Shown here one piece after another: positions 12,001-24,000 of a stretch of 29,368 bases of DNA (its first letter is position 1; each line of letters starts with the position of its first letter). This DNA comes from an uncultured bacterium. Lineage in GTDB: Bacteria; Planctomycetota; Phycisphaerae; Phycisphaerales; SM1A02. Made by a program: the position numbers and the translations under genes. The DNA lies in the NCBI GenBank assembly GCA_903918555.1, contig CAIXEV010000627.1, positions 1 through 29,368 on the forward strand, read 5' to 3'. A model generated the notes under the pieces. It worked only from the letters and a program-made list of their open reading frames with translations. It searched no databases and was not told the origin of the DNA.

Positions 12001-15000
12001 GGCCTCCGGCAATGTCAATGTCACGGCAGGTACGAACATCTATCTGGGTACGCTTGACGGCTTCAAGGTTCAGGCCGTCACCGCCGCCGACGCTGTGCGC
12101 ATCAAGGCGAAGGACGACATCGTCAACGCGGCGTCCTCGGGCGCCAACATCACCTCGAGCGACCTGATTCTGGAGTCCGGTCAGGGTGGCATCGGGACTT
12201 CGGCGAAGAGTTTCAGCGTCCTGCTTTCCTCCTCGGGAGGCCTGCAAGGCACCCTCACCGCGCGGGCGCTGAAAGACGTCTATATCAGCAGCGCCGTTAC
12301 GCTGAAGATCGCGGGCGTGCAGTCGCAGAACGCGGGCGTCTACCTCACGGCGGGCGGTTCGATCGTCGACGGGCTCTCCAGCGACGCGCCCAAGCTCGCC
12401 GGGAGCGTGATCTCGCTGTCGGCCGCCGTGGACATCGGCGCGTCGGCGAACTGGCTGGAGACCGACCTCACCGCGACCGGCACGCTCACCGCCACTGCCG
12501 GCGGCAGCATCTGGCTGCGCGAAGTGGCCAACAACATGAACGTCGACCGGATCACCTCGACCGGCGGCGACGTGAACCTGCGCGCCCACCAGTCGATCGT
12601 CGACGCGTCCACGGCCACCGGTGAGCCGGCGAGCAAGCCGGGCATCGATGTCAAGGCGAAGGCGAACATCAACCTCGCGTCGGACTTCGGGGCGATCGGT
12701 ATCTCCGGCAACGATCTCGACATCGACAGCGACACGAGCGCCACCGACGGTGTCACCGGCACGCTGACGATCAGCAGCTTCCTCGGCGCGAACCTCATCG
12801 AGGTGGCGGGCGACCTCGCCGTCGACACGATCACCGCCGGGGCGGGCTACACCGCCTTCATCGCGGCCCCGGACGGCCGCATCCTGAACGGCCGCGCCTC
12901 GGGCAGCAACGTGGTGTCGGGCAAGGCATTCCTGTTCGCGAAGAACGACATCGGGACCTCCGCCAAGGCCTTCCTCACGCAGGTGGGGAACCTCGAAGGC
13001 CAGTCGACGCTGGGCAGCGCCTACATCACCAACACCGGCGCGATGACCGTCGGCGGCGTCACCGCCAGTGCGGTCGGCATGAACGTCAAGGGCGCGGTGA
13101 CCCTCACCACCCTGAGTCCGATCGCGGTGGTCTCCAGCATCCGGTCCGAGGGCGACATCACGCTCACGGCTACCGATGCCGCCGGCGACGGCGACACGCT
13201 GGACGTCGGCTACGACGGCTCGGGCAACCCGGTGTCGGGGGTCGAGATCGAATCGACCGGCGGGCGCGTGCTGCTGGTCTCCGGCGACCGCTTCCGGCTG
13301 GGCGCCAGCGCACTGCTGCGCGCGGGCACGGTCGAGATCCGCACCGACGACAGCGCGACGAGCGGGCTCGATGGCGGCGGTTCGATCGCGATCTACGGCA
13401 CGATCGACGCTGCCGAGACGATCCTCGCCGGCGGTGCAGACAACGACGTGTTCATGATCACGGTGTCGGCGACCCGCGCGGGCAGCACGACCTTCGTGCG
13501 CGGCGGGCTTGGCGCGGATCTCATCCACGTCGGCAGCAATGCCACGCCCACCACCAATACCGGCGGCACGGTGAACGGCATCGCGCAGCGGTTGGCCATC
13601 GATGGCGAGGGCGGCAGCGACGTGGTGATCGTCGACGAGACCGGCGAAACGGTGGCGACCAGCCTCGTCTCCGACCGCGAGACCCTCGGCGGCGCGCCGT
13701 ATGGCCGCCTGACCGGGCTCGCCGCGGGCAACATCCTCTACCGCAGCGCGGAGATAATCGACGTCAACCTCGGCGCGGGCGACGACACGGCCCAGATCAA
13801 GGCGACCGAGTCCGGCACGACGATGACGCTGCGCACCGGCACGGGCAACGATACCGTGACCGCCGGCAGCACGACCGCGGATGCGACGAGCACGGTGAAC
13901 GACCTGTCCGGCGCGCTGGTGGTCGATGCACAGGGCGGCGCCGCCGATGTGCTGCGCATCAACGACTCTGGGGATGCCGCCGCCAACACCGGCACCCTGA
14001 CGGCCACCACCCTCACCGGGCTGGGTACGGCGGGCATCACCTACACGAACGTCGAGACGCTCAACCTCGACCTGGGCGGCGGTGGTGACGCGTTCACGAT
14101 CGCGAGCACCCACGCCAACCGCACCAATCTCAGATCGCAGGGTGGCGTCGACGGCATCCTCGTGCAGACCGTGGCCGGGCGGACCACGATCGACACCGGG
14201 CTCGCCGCCGACCTGATCACCGTGGGCGATGCGACCCACGACCTCGCCGGCATCGTCGGGCAACTCGACATCGCCGGCGGCGGCCAGACGGGCGACACGC
14301 TCAACGTGGACGCCCGGGTCGCGACCAGCGCGCTGACCGGCCGCACTTACACCGTGGGCCTTGTCGCCGGAACAGCCGGCGTGTCCGGTCTCGGCATGAC
14401 GATCGGCCTCAACTACACCGGCATCGACGCGTTCAACCTCACCCTGGGCAAGGGTGGGGATAACCTGTTCGTCGAGGGCACGAACACCGCGACGCACGTC
14501 ATCGACGCCTACCTCGGCGACGACGTGATCAATATCGGCTCGATCTCCGGCGTCACCCGGGTCTACGGCGATCGGATCACCGACGCGAGCGGTGCGACCG
14601 AGAAGGGCTTCGGCGGCAAGGACAGGATCCGCGTCAACTACGGACAGGACGGCAGGCAGACCTTCGCCAACGGGGTGGCGGCGCTGCTTACGGTCGGCGG
14701 TGGTGAGGACGACGATCTGATCGAGATCGGCCTGTCGGGCAAGCTGTCGAATCCGACCACGACGCCGCCGCAGTCGCGCATCAAAGTCGAGAGCGCGTCG
14801 GCGTACCCGACCGACCCCGGTTCTGACCGCCTGAATGTCTACGGAACGAACGACAGCGACCTGTTCCTGTTCCGGCCGGGCGCGATCATCGCGCTGCAGA
14901 CCGATGCGAATGGCGACCGCGTCGCCGGTGGCGGAGTCGAGCGCATCGACTACGCGACGGTGAGCGGCGGCATCACGGTATTCGGCCGCGACGGCGACGA

Positions 15001-18000
15001 CACGTTCGCGATGGATTCCACCAGTTCGGCGCTGACGGTCTACGGCGATGCGGGGGCGGATCGCTTCCAGGTGGGCCAGATCTTCAAGTCGCCGCGCGAC
15101 GCCGACGCGGGGCTCGTGGGCGAAGACCGGTTCGCGACCACGCTCACGACGCGCGGCTACCTGAGCGACGGGGTCAACTTCGACGCCTTCCTCTATGGCG
15201 GCGCGGGCAACGACACCTTCACCATCTACCGCAACAAGGCGAACGTCTTCCTGTACGGCGAGGAGGACGACGATACCTTCACCGTGCGCGCCTTCGTGGC
15301 GGTGGACCCGAACGACCCGCTCAAGCCGATCACCAATATCAACGGCGGCAAGGGCAAGGATCTCATCACCTACACGGTGAACGCACCGGTGAACATCGAC
15401 GGCGGCGACGGGTCCGACACCCTGATCGTCGTCGGCACCGAGTTCGCGGACAAGATCGTGGTCACCGACGCCGGCGTCTATGGCGCCGGGCTGTTCGTCA
15501 CCTACACCTCGCTCGAGAACATCGTCGTCGATGGACTGGAGGGTAACGACCAGTTCTTCATCGCCAGCACGCCGGCGGGCGCGACGGTCAGCACGATCGG
15601 CGGCAAGGGCAGCGACACGTTCAACGTGGCGGGCAACGTCACCGCCGAGCCGATCGACGTGGTGAGCAACGACCTGCTCGGCCACAGCGGGATCATCGAC
15701 CTCGCCATCCCCTCGGCCAACACGACCGATGCCGGGTACCAGAACCGCTTCATCGGGGATATCTCGGCGAGCGTGATGGACAACGAGTCGGCCGGCATCG
15801 CGCTCACCATGCTGGGCGGGGTGCTGCGCGTGTTCGAGGGCAACAGCAGCAGCACGCTGACGCGCAGCCGCTATTCGGTGGTGCTCACCCGCGCGCCCCA
15901 GGAAGACGTGCGCGTGACGGCCTCGCCGGCGACGATCCGACAGGCCGATGCGCTGGCCGGTGGCAAGGGCATCGCACTCAACGGCAGCGAGGCCGGTACC
16001 ACGCTGCGGTTCGACCGTACCAACTGGTTCATCCCGCAGATCATCGAGGTGACGGCGCCGGCCGACACGCTCGCCGAAGGCCGCCGGGCCATCAACATCC
16101 AGCACACGGTGGTGCAGGGGGCGGACCTCGGCGATGGCGGCGAATACGATTCGCTCGCGCTGCCGTCGCCGGTGGTCGAGGTATTCGACGACGACGCGGC
16201 GGGCGTGGTGATCACACCCGCCTCGAACGGGCAGGTGATCGTCAACCAGGACAGTTCGGTCAGCGTCGGCAGCGACGCCAACGCCTACTACGTATCGCTG
16301 GCGCGGCAGCCCACGGGCGACGTGGAGATCAACCTTGCCGTTCAGCCCGACGACAACGGCGTCGCCCAGGTCTACACCGACGCCCAGGTCTACCCCGCCG
16401 GCGTCTACGCAGGCATCCCCCATCTCAGCTTCAACACCACCAACTGGGCGACCCCGCAAACGGTGAAGGTGACGGCGAAGCCCGACCCGACGGGGGTACT
16501 GCAGGGCACGCAGTTCGTGCGTATCCAGCACAGCGTGGCTGCGGAGAGCGTCAACAACTTCTACGGGCTGAGCCTCGATGACGTGGCGCGCGGTCTTGCT
16601 GCAAAGGTGGCCGGCGACCTGACCGGGCAGTACACCGCGACGGCGACCGGGACCACCGTCACGATCACCGGCAAGGCGGCTTTCACTGCCACGAGTCCCG
16701 ACAGCAGGGTCACCGTCGTGGGCGCCGAGTCCGCGTACAGCGTGGCCCATATCACGCCGGCGGGGGCGGTGGCCGCAGGCGACCGCTACACGCTGTCGGT
16801 AAACGGCCGCCAGTCGGTCTATGTCGCCGGGGCCAACGGGGATGAGCTCACGCTCGCAGCCGTCGCGCAGGGCATCAAGGCCGCGTACGACGCCAGTGCG
16901 CTCGCCGGGGTGACCGCAAGCATTGCCAGCGCCGGTACGGTCACGTTCACCGGCCAGACGAGCGTCATCCCGGCCTTCACTGCCCGTTTGGTCCAGTCGA
17001 ATGCGTCGACGGCGACGGTGACCGGTACGACAGTTGACGGCCGCTTCGGCAAGGTCACCGTCACCGTAGCCGAAGAGGTGAAAAAAGACGAACTCTGGAC
17101 GCTGAAGCTCGGCGACTCGACCTACCGCTACGTAGCCGGGAAGAACGGCGAGATGACGGCGCTGCCGTCGATCGATGTCACGCTGACCGACAAGGATTCC
17201 GCCGGCGTGCTGGTCACCCAGTCGGGTGGAGACACCCGGGTGATCGAGCCGACGGATCTCGTGCTGCTGGGCGCAGCCGAGGTGACCGGAACGGCGACTC
17301 CGGGACAGGGTCTGAGCATCGCCAGCGCGGACGCGGTGCGGCTCGAAGTCTTGATTGCCGAGGCGCCGACCGCGACGTCGGTGTCGTCCGGGCGAGCGAC
17401 CGTCAGTGGCACCCAGGTGTGGACGCAGGCCGACATCACGCTATCCGGCACGGTGGTCGCCGGAAACACGTGGAGCGTCCGGATCGAGGGCCGCAACTAC
17501 GCCTATGTCGCCAAGGATACCGACACCACTCTGGCGCACATCGCGACCGGGCTGATGACCGTACTCACCGCCCCCACCACCGCCCCCACCCCCGGCCTCG
17601 GCGGCAGCTACGCAGTGAGCCTGCCCGAGGGTTCGAGCGGTGTGGTGGCGGTGTCGAAGGCCACTGGCTTCACCGTGCAGGTGCTGAGCGGCAACGGCGC
17701 GCTCACCGGCACCAGCGCCTGGCGCAATCCGGTCATCGCGCTGAGCGGTACCCCGGGCAACTCGGAAACCTGGACTGTTCGTGTCAACGGCACGAACTAC
17801 AGTTACGCCACCCCCGCGACCGGCGCCGTGACACTGTCGATGGTGGCCGACGGCATCAAGACCGCGCTGACCTCCGGCGGTACGCCCGCGTTCGCGTCCG
17901 CAGCGGTCACCAAGGTTGCCCTGACCCAGTTCATCGCCAACTTCGGTGCGTCGGAAATCAACGAGGCCGCCGGCCGCAAAGACTCGATCTTCACCGCGCA

Positions 18001-21000
18001 GTCCCTCGAAGTCGACGTCTGGAACCGCCAGCCCAACGCCAACATCCTCAACGCCGATACCCGACCGCATGTCACGGTTCGCGGCACCGGCGACGGCACC
18101 ACGGACGTCTACAAGTTCGTCGTTACCAACGAGATGCTCGCAACGGGGTCGGTGACGGCCACCTTCGATATCGACAAGGGCCTGGACTACTTCGACAGCA
18201 TCTTCTGGGCAAGCCAGCTCAACCTCTACAACAGCAGCGGGGCGCTGATCGCAAGGGGGCTTGGCTACTCCAACCCGTCAGACCCATCGAAAGGCGCGGG
18301 CGGCAGCACCACCTGGCTCGATGACTTCCTGACCTACACCTTCACGACTGCGGGCACCTACTTCGTCGAGATCACGAACTGGATTCCGCTGGGTACCAAC
18401 TCGAACGGCATCCCCAAGGGCGCCGACTACGAGCTGCAGGTCTCGATCGATCGGCACAAGACGGCCGAGTTCGTGCTCGAGGCGGCGCCAGTGCTCAAGC
18501 AGGGCGACACCGTCCAGAACGTCGACGCGGCGGGCAACTGGTACACCTTCCTCGATCCGACCATCGGCAACGGCACCGACATCGGCTCCAGCACGCCTTA
18601 CGTGAAGATCAGCGCGCTGGGCGACGACACCGTCGACCGATACTCGTTCGTGGTGTCCGCGGCCAATCTGTCGCAGGCGGGAGGCACCTCGGGCACCACC
18701 GTCGGCGAGACGCCCGCCCGCACGTACTACACCAGCGCCGATGTGCAGCTGACCGGACGGGTCAAGGCGGGCGATGTCTGGACGGTCAGGCTGAGCGGCC
18801 TGGATTACACCTATACCGTCAGCGCCGCCGACGTCACGGCGGAGACCGGCGCGTCCGGTGCGGGCCTGGCGAACATCGCGAGCGGACTCGCGGCAAAGAT
18901 CACTGCCCGCACGACAACCAATACCGACGGTGTGGCCGACATCACGCAAGGCGCGACGTACAGCGCGGCGGTGTCGGCCGACCCGAAGACCCTCCGCATC
19001 ACCGATCCGAACGGCTTCTGGTTCGCACTCGACCATCAGATCGACGACGCGGCCGTGGTGCTGCGCGAGGGCGCGGTGCAGGGCAATTCGACGCTGCCGC
19101 TGACCCGCGCCGATGTCGTGTTCTCGGGCACGGTTACCGTTGGCGACGTCTGGACGGTCACGCTCAACGGCACCCCGTACGTCTACACGACGACCACCGC
19201 GAGCCTGGACGATGTGGCGGCGGGTCTGGATACCGCCATCGGTACCGTCGCCGGGGTGTCGGTCGCCGCGAGTGGCAGCACGCTCGGCTTCACCGCGACC
19301 GGCAGCAACAGCTTCACGCTCGCCGTGAAGGAGAGCGGCCAGACCGCCGACGGCGTCGCGAAGTTCACCAATGTCGCCACCCGCGCTGCCTACCAGCAGG
19401 CCGATGTCGCGCTGAGCGGCACCGTGACGGCGGGCAATACCTGGACGCTCAGCCTGCGCGACCAGGCGGACATCGCGACCGACTACACATTCACCGCGAC
19501 CACGACGAGCCTCGCCGATGTTGCGGCGGGCCTGGTGAGCACGTTGAACACGACCAAGCCGGGAACGGCGACCTACGCCGCCACGCAGTACGGCCAGGTG
19601 GTACGCATCACGGATGCCGGGACCGGCAAGTTCTTCACGGCGTCGATCGCAAGTTCCGGCACGGGTAGCGGCACGGTGAACGGGATCGCCGTGCAGACCG
19701 CCGCCCAGGATGTCAAGTGGACGAACGCAGCGCTTGCACTCACCGGCACCTTCAGGGCGGGCGATACGTACGCGGTCACGGTCAACGCGGGCACCGCTTC
19801 CGCCTATACCGCGACCTACGTGGCGGGGGCGGCGGGCACCGCCGGTACCACCGGCACGACGACCACCTACGCCGCGACGCTCGAAGGCGTGGCGCTGGCG
19901 CTGCGCGACGCGATCAACAACATGGCGCCCGCCGGCAAGACCTACGCGGCGACGGCAAGCGGCACCACGCTGACGATCGCTGATCCGGCTGGCGTCACGT
20001 TGACCTATGGGGTCACCGGCGCAGCCTCGGCCGGCACCCTGGCCAGCGCGAACGCGTGGACGAAGTCGCTCGCGTTCGCCAACCCGGTGGCGGGTGACGC
20101 GGGCAGAACCTACACGGTCGCCGTCGACAACGTCTATTTCAACGCAACCGCGGACGCCACGCCGACGGCGGCGGAAATCCTCGCCGCGTTGAGCACGGCG
20201 ATCAACGCGAACGCCAGCTACGCCGCCACCTACGACACCGACGCGACACGCGGGTCAGGCGTGCTCACGATCGCGAAGAAGGACCGGTCGGCGATCGTCG
20301 CGCGGCTCGAGCAGGGAAGCGTGTCCACGCCCTCGGCGGCGGTCGCGGACGCGGCGAAGGTAGTGACCATCGGCACCCCGACGGCCGACCAGGTGCACAC
20401 GCTGATCCTGAAGGAAACGTCGAGCGGCACGGTACGCGCGTTCACCTACCACGCCGATGCTTCGCCGACGGCGGCCGAAGTGGCGACAGGCCTGGCGGCG
20501 GCGGTGAACGCCGGCTCGGCGACCCACAAGTTCGCCGTGTCTCGCAGCGCGGACGTTGCCGATACGCTGCTGATCACCAACACCGATGGCCTCGCGTTCA
20601 CGGCGGATACCACCCGAGGGAGTACAAGCGTGGTGTCGGGGACCTCCGCGTACACCTACCGTCTGTCCGGTACTGTGACCGCCGGCGAGGTGTACTCGGT
20701 GACGCTGGTGCCGGCGAGCGGCAGCGCGAGCGTGTTCGCGTTCGAGGCCGCGACCACGGCCATCGACGACGTGCTCGCAGGCCTTGCCGCAGCGGTCAAC
20801 ACGGCGGGGAGCGGCTACACCGCGACCGCCCGCACCGCAAGCGACACGCTGACGATCGTCAACAATGCCGGTGCCACCTTCAGCGTCAGCACGACCCGCG
20901 GCACGGCCGCCGCCGACGCGGGCGCGGCGAGCGCAAGGCTCTCCGGTGCGGTGAGCATTGGCGACGTGTTCACCGTCGCGCTGAAGCGCGGCGCGTCGAC

Positions 21001-24000
21001 GGAGTACTACTCCTATGCCGCGACGACCACGTCGATCGACGATGTCCTGACCGGTCTGAAGACCACGATCGGCACGACGAACTACGCGGTGACCGCCGAC
21101 GCCACCAGCGGCACGCTGACCGTGGTGCGCAACAGCGCCGGCGCGCTGACGATGAGCGTGGACCGCGGCACGGCGAAGGATATCTCGTCGTGGGCTGCCT
21201 CGATTTCGGTGGGCGGCACCGGCATCGCGGATGGCGATACGGTGACCGTACGCGTGGCCTACGGGTCCGGTCCGACGACCAAGGACTACGCCGTGACGGT
21301 GAGCGGGATTACTGTCGACATGACGGACGTACAACGGCAGCAGACCGTCGCCGGACTCATCGCCACTGCGATCAATACCGACTCCCCGGCACTCTTCTAC
21401 GCCGATGTCGAATCCGGCAGCGCGGTGGTGAACGTCTTCAGCGCGGCCAAGGTCGACGCGACCACGGCGATCGTGTCTGTGACGAAGCAGGCTGGCGCCG
21501 CATCGATCACCCTCGCGCCGGTGACGAACGCCACTCAGTCGGTGCAGGTGACCGGCACCGCCGCAGCGGGCAAGGTCTGGACCATCGGCCTGCCGAACCC
21601 GACCGCTGGCACGGACTACTACAGCTTCGCCGCTACCACCGCGAACCTCGCGGACGTGGTCACCGGCCTGGTCGCGGCGATCAATGCCAGCACCGTCACC
21701 TCGGGCTTCTCGGCGGTGGATTCGTCGCATAACGGAGCGACCGTGCCGTCGCTCACGATCACCCGGAGCAGCGCGATCGCGTTCACGGCCTCGGTGGCGA
21801 ACCCGGCGGCGAGCCTGGCGGATTCGTCGGGCTGGACCGAGACGCTGAAGCTTTCCGGGACGGTCGCGACGAACACCGCCTGGGTCCTGTCGGCGAAGAG
21901 CGGCACGACCTACGCGACGTTCGGTTACGCGGCGACGAGTTCCGACACCACGCTCGCAAGCGTGGCGTCCGGGCTCGCCGGCGCCGTCACGGGGGCGAAC
22001 TACCGCGCGCTGGACACCGGCAACGACACGGTCACGCTGTTCCGGATCGACAGAGCGACGACCACCGTATCGACGACAGCACCGGTCGCGACGCTGGTCG
22101 ACGCCGCCGCCTGGACCGAAACCCTCCGGCTGGCCGGCACGCCGACCGAGGGCATGGTCTACGCGGTGGGCACCAAGGACGCCGTCCCCACGCCAGCGTA
22201 CGAAACATACAGCGTGGTCGCGGGTTCGACCCCCGACCTGGCGACCCTCACGACAGCGCTGGCGACTGCGCTGGATGCCTCCGCAACCTACGATGCGATC
22301 GCGACCGGCAACAACACCATCACGATCCTGCGCGGCGCTGACACGAACGCCTTCAGCGCGCTGACCACGCTCGGGGCGAACCCGTCCGATGCAGCCGCCT
22401 GGTCCAAGGCGGTGCAGGTCTCGGGCACCGTGGCCACCGGCAAGATCTACACCGTCGCGCTGACGACGGCATCCGGAGCGCCGACCTACTTCAACTACAC
22501 CGCGAGCGCGACCGACACGCTGGACTCCGTGACGACTGCGCTGTCCGGGCTGATCGACGCCAGCAGCGGTTACGCCACCCTGGTCACCGGCGCCTCCGGC
22601 AGCAAGGTGATCCACGTGCTGCAGCAAGGCGGCATCACCGGCATCACGTCGTCGACCAGCCTCGCTGCCCCGGCCACGGACGCCGCCGCCTACGCCGAGA
22701 CCGTCGAGGTCGGCGACACGGTCGGCGGCACGGTGGTGGCGCGTGAGACCTGGAACATCACCCTCACGCCATCGAGTGGCTCGCCCGTCACCTTCAGCTA
22801 CGTGGCCGGGTCCGGAGCGGATATCGCGGACGCGCAGACCGTCGCCCAGCGCCTCGCCGCGCAGATCCATGCGAACGTTTCGTACAACGCCACCGCCTTC
22901 CAGACCGCCGCCGGCACCTGGGTGGTGGCGATCAGCGCGCAGGGCGGGACGGGCGGATTCACTGCGACCCAGAGCGTGTCGGCAGCCGCGCCTCTGGTAC
23001 GACCGACCCTTGGCGGCGAGGCGAAGGTCGCGTGGACGCAGCAGGTCACGCTTGCCGATGGCGCCGGCTTAGATGACGTCTGGACGGTGCGCCTCGATGG
23101 CACCAGCGGCCTCAGCAACTATCAGCTCACCGGCAGCACCGACACCAGCGCGACGGCCGCCGCGGCGCTCGCCGGCTCGACCGGTTACGTGGACCTGGGT
23201 ACCACCGGCAACGTCGCGAAGTTCCGGCAGGTCAACTCGAACTTCGTCACGATCGGGCAACGCACCTGGATCGATCGCCTGGCGCCGACCGCGACGACCG
23301 CCCCCGCTGCAGACAGCGTCGCCGCGTCGGCACGGCTCACCGAGTACAACTTCACGCTCGCCGGCAAGGTCAGTGTCGGCGATGTCTGGGCCATCAAGCT
23401 CAACGGTATCGAGTACAAGTACACCGCCGCCGCAGGCAACAACCTCAACGCCGTCTCGATCGGACTGCGCGCGGCCATCAACGCCGGCGGGCTGTTCACG
23501 GCCGCGGGCAGCGGTGCGGACATCAAGGTCACCATCAAGCCAGGTGCCTGGTTCACCGGCTTCACGCAGAACCTGTCCCAGGGCGGCGGCAAGGTCAGGG
23601 CAGTGCTGGATATCGACCGCACCCGCGTCATGCAGGGGGTCCAGACCTTCCTGCAGACGAACTATGTCCCGGTGTACTACTTTGGGTTCTTTGGTGGGTA
23701 TCAAGTCGTCACCACCGCCGTCAACGTCAGCTACATCGACACGCCGGTCGTGACGCTGAGGGACGCGTCTGGCAATGTCGTCTTGCCGGTGAGCACGAAC
23801 GCAGGCGCGACCACGCCGGATGCGGGCAGTACCCTGCTTACCGACCCGCTGCAGACCTACGAACTGTCCGCCGCTGGCACCTACACGGTCGAGGTCATGG
23901 CCTCCCGTCAGTATCTTCAGGCGAATCCCTTCGCGAGCAACGGACTGGTGGGTATCGCCAGCGGGCAGCCGTACGCCCTCAACGTGTCGCTCCAGCGCCA

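Noticed and set aside
6674-16750. 3,358-aa minus-strand ORF
   Set aside because: It is in exact codon register with frame +2. Its stop is the reverse complement of a sense TCA codon at 6674. Antisense stops need sense TTA/CTA/TCA, which are rare in GC-rich genes. The product is Arg/Gly/Val-rich with no recognisable motifs, so it is a shadow ORF.
17567-17590. 12-nt tandem repeat accgcccccacc x2 (TAPT-TAPT)
   Set aside because: Only two copies, in frame, in a Pro/Thr linker. Too short to support phase variation.
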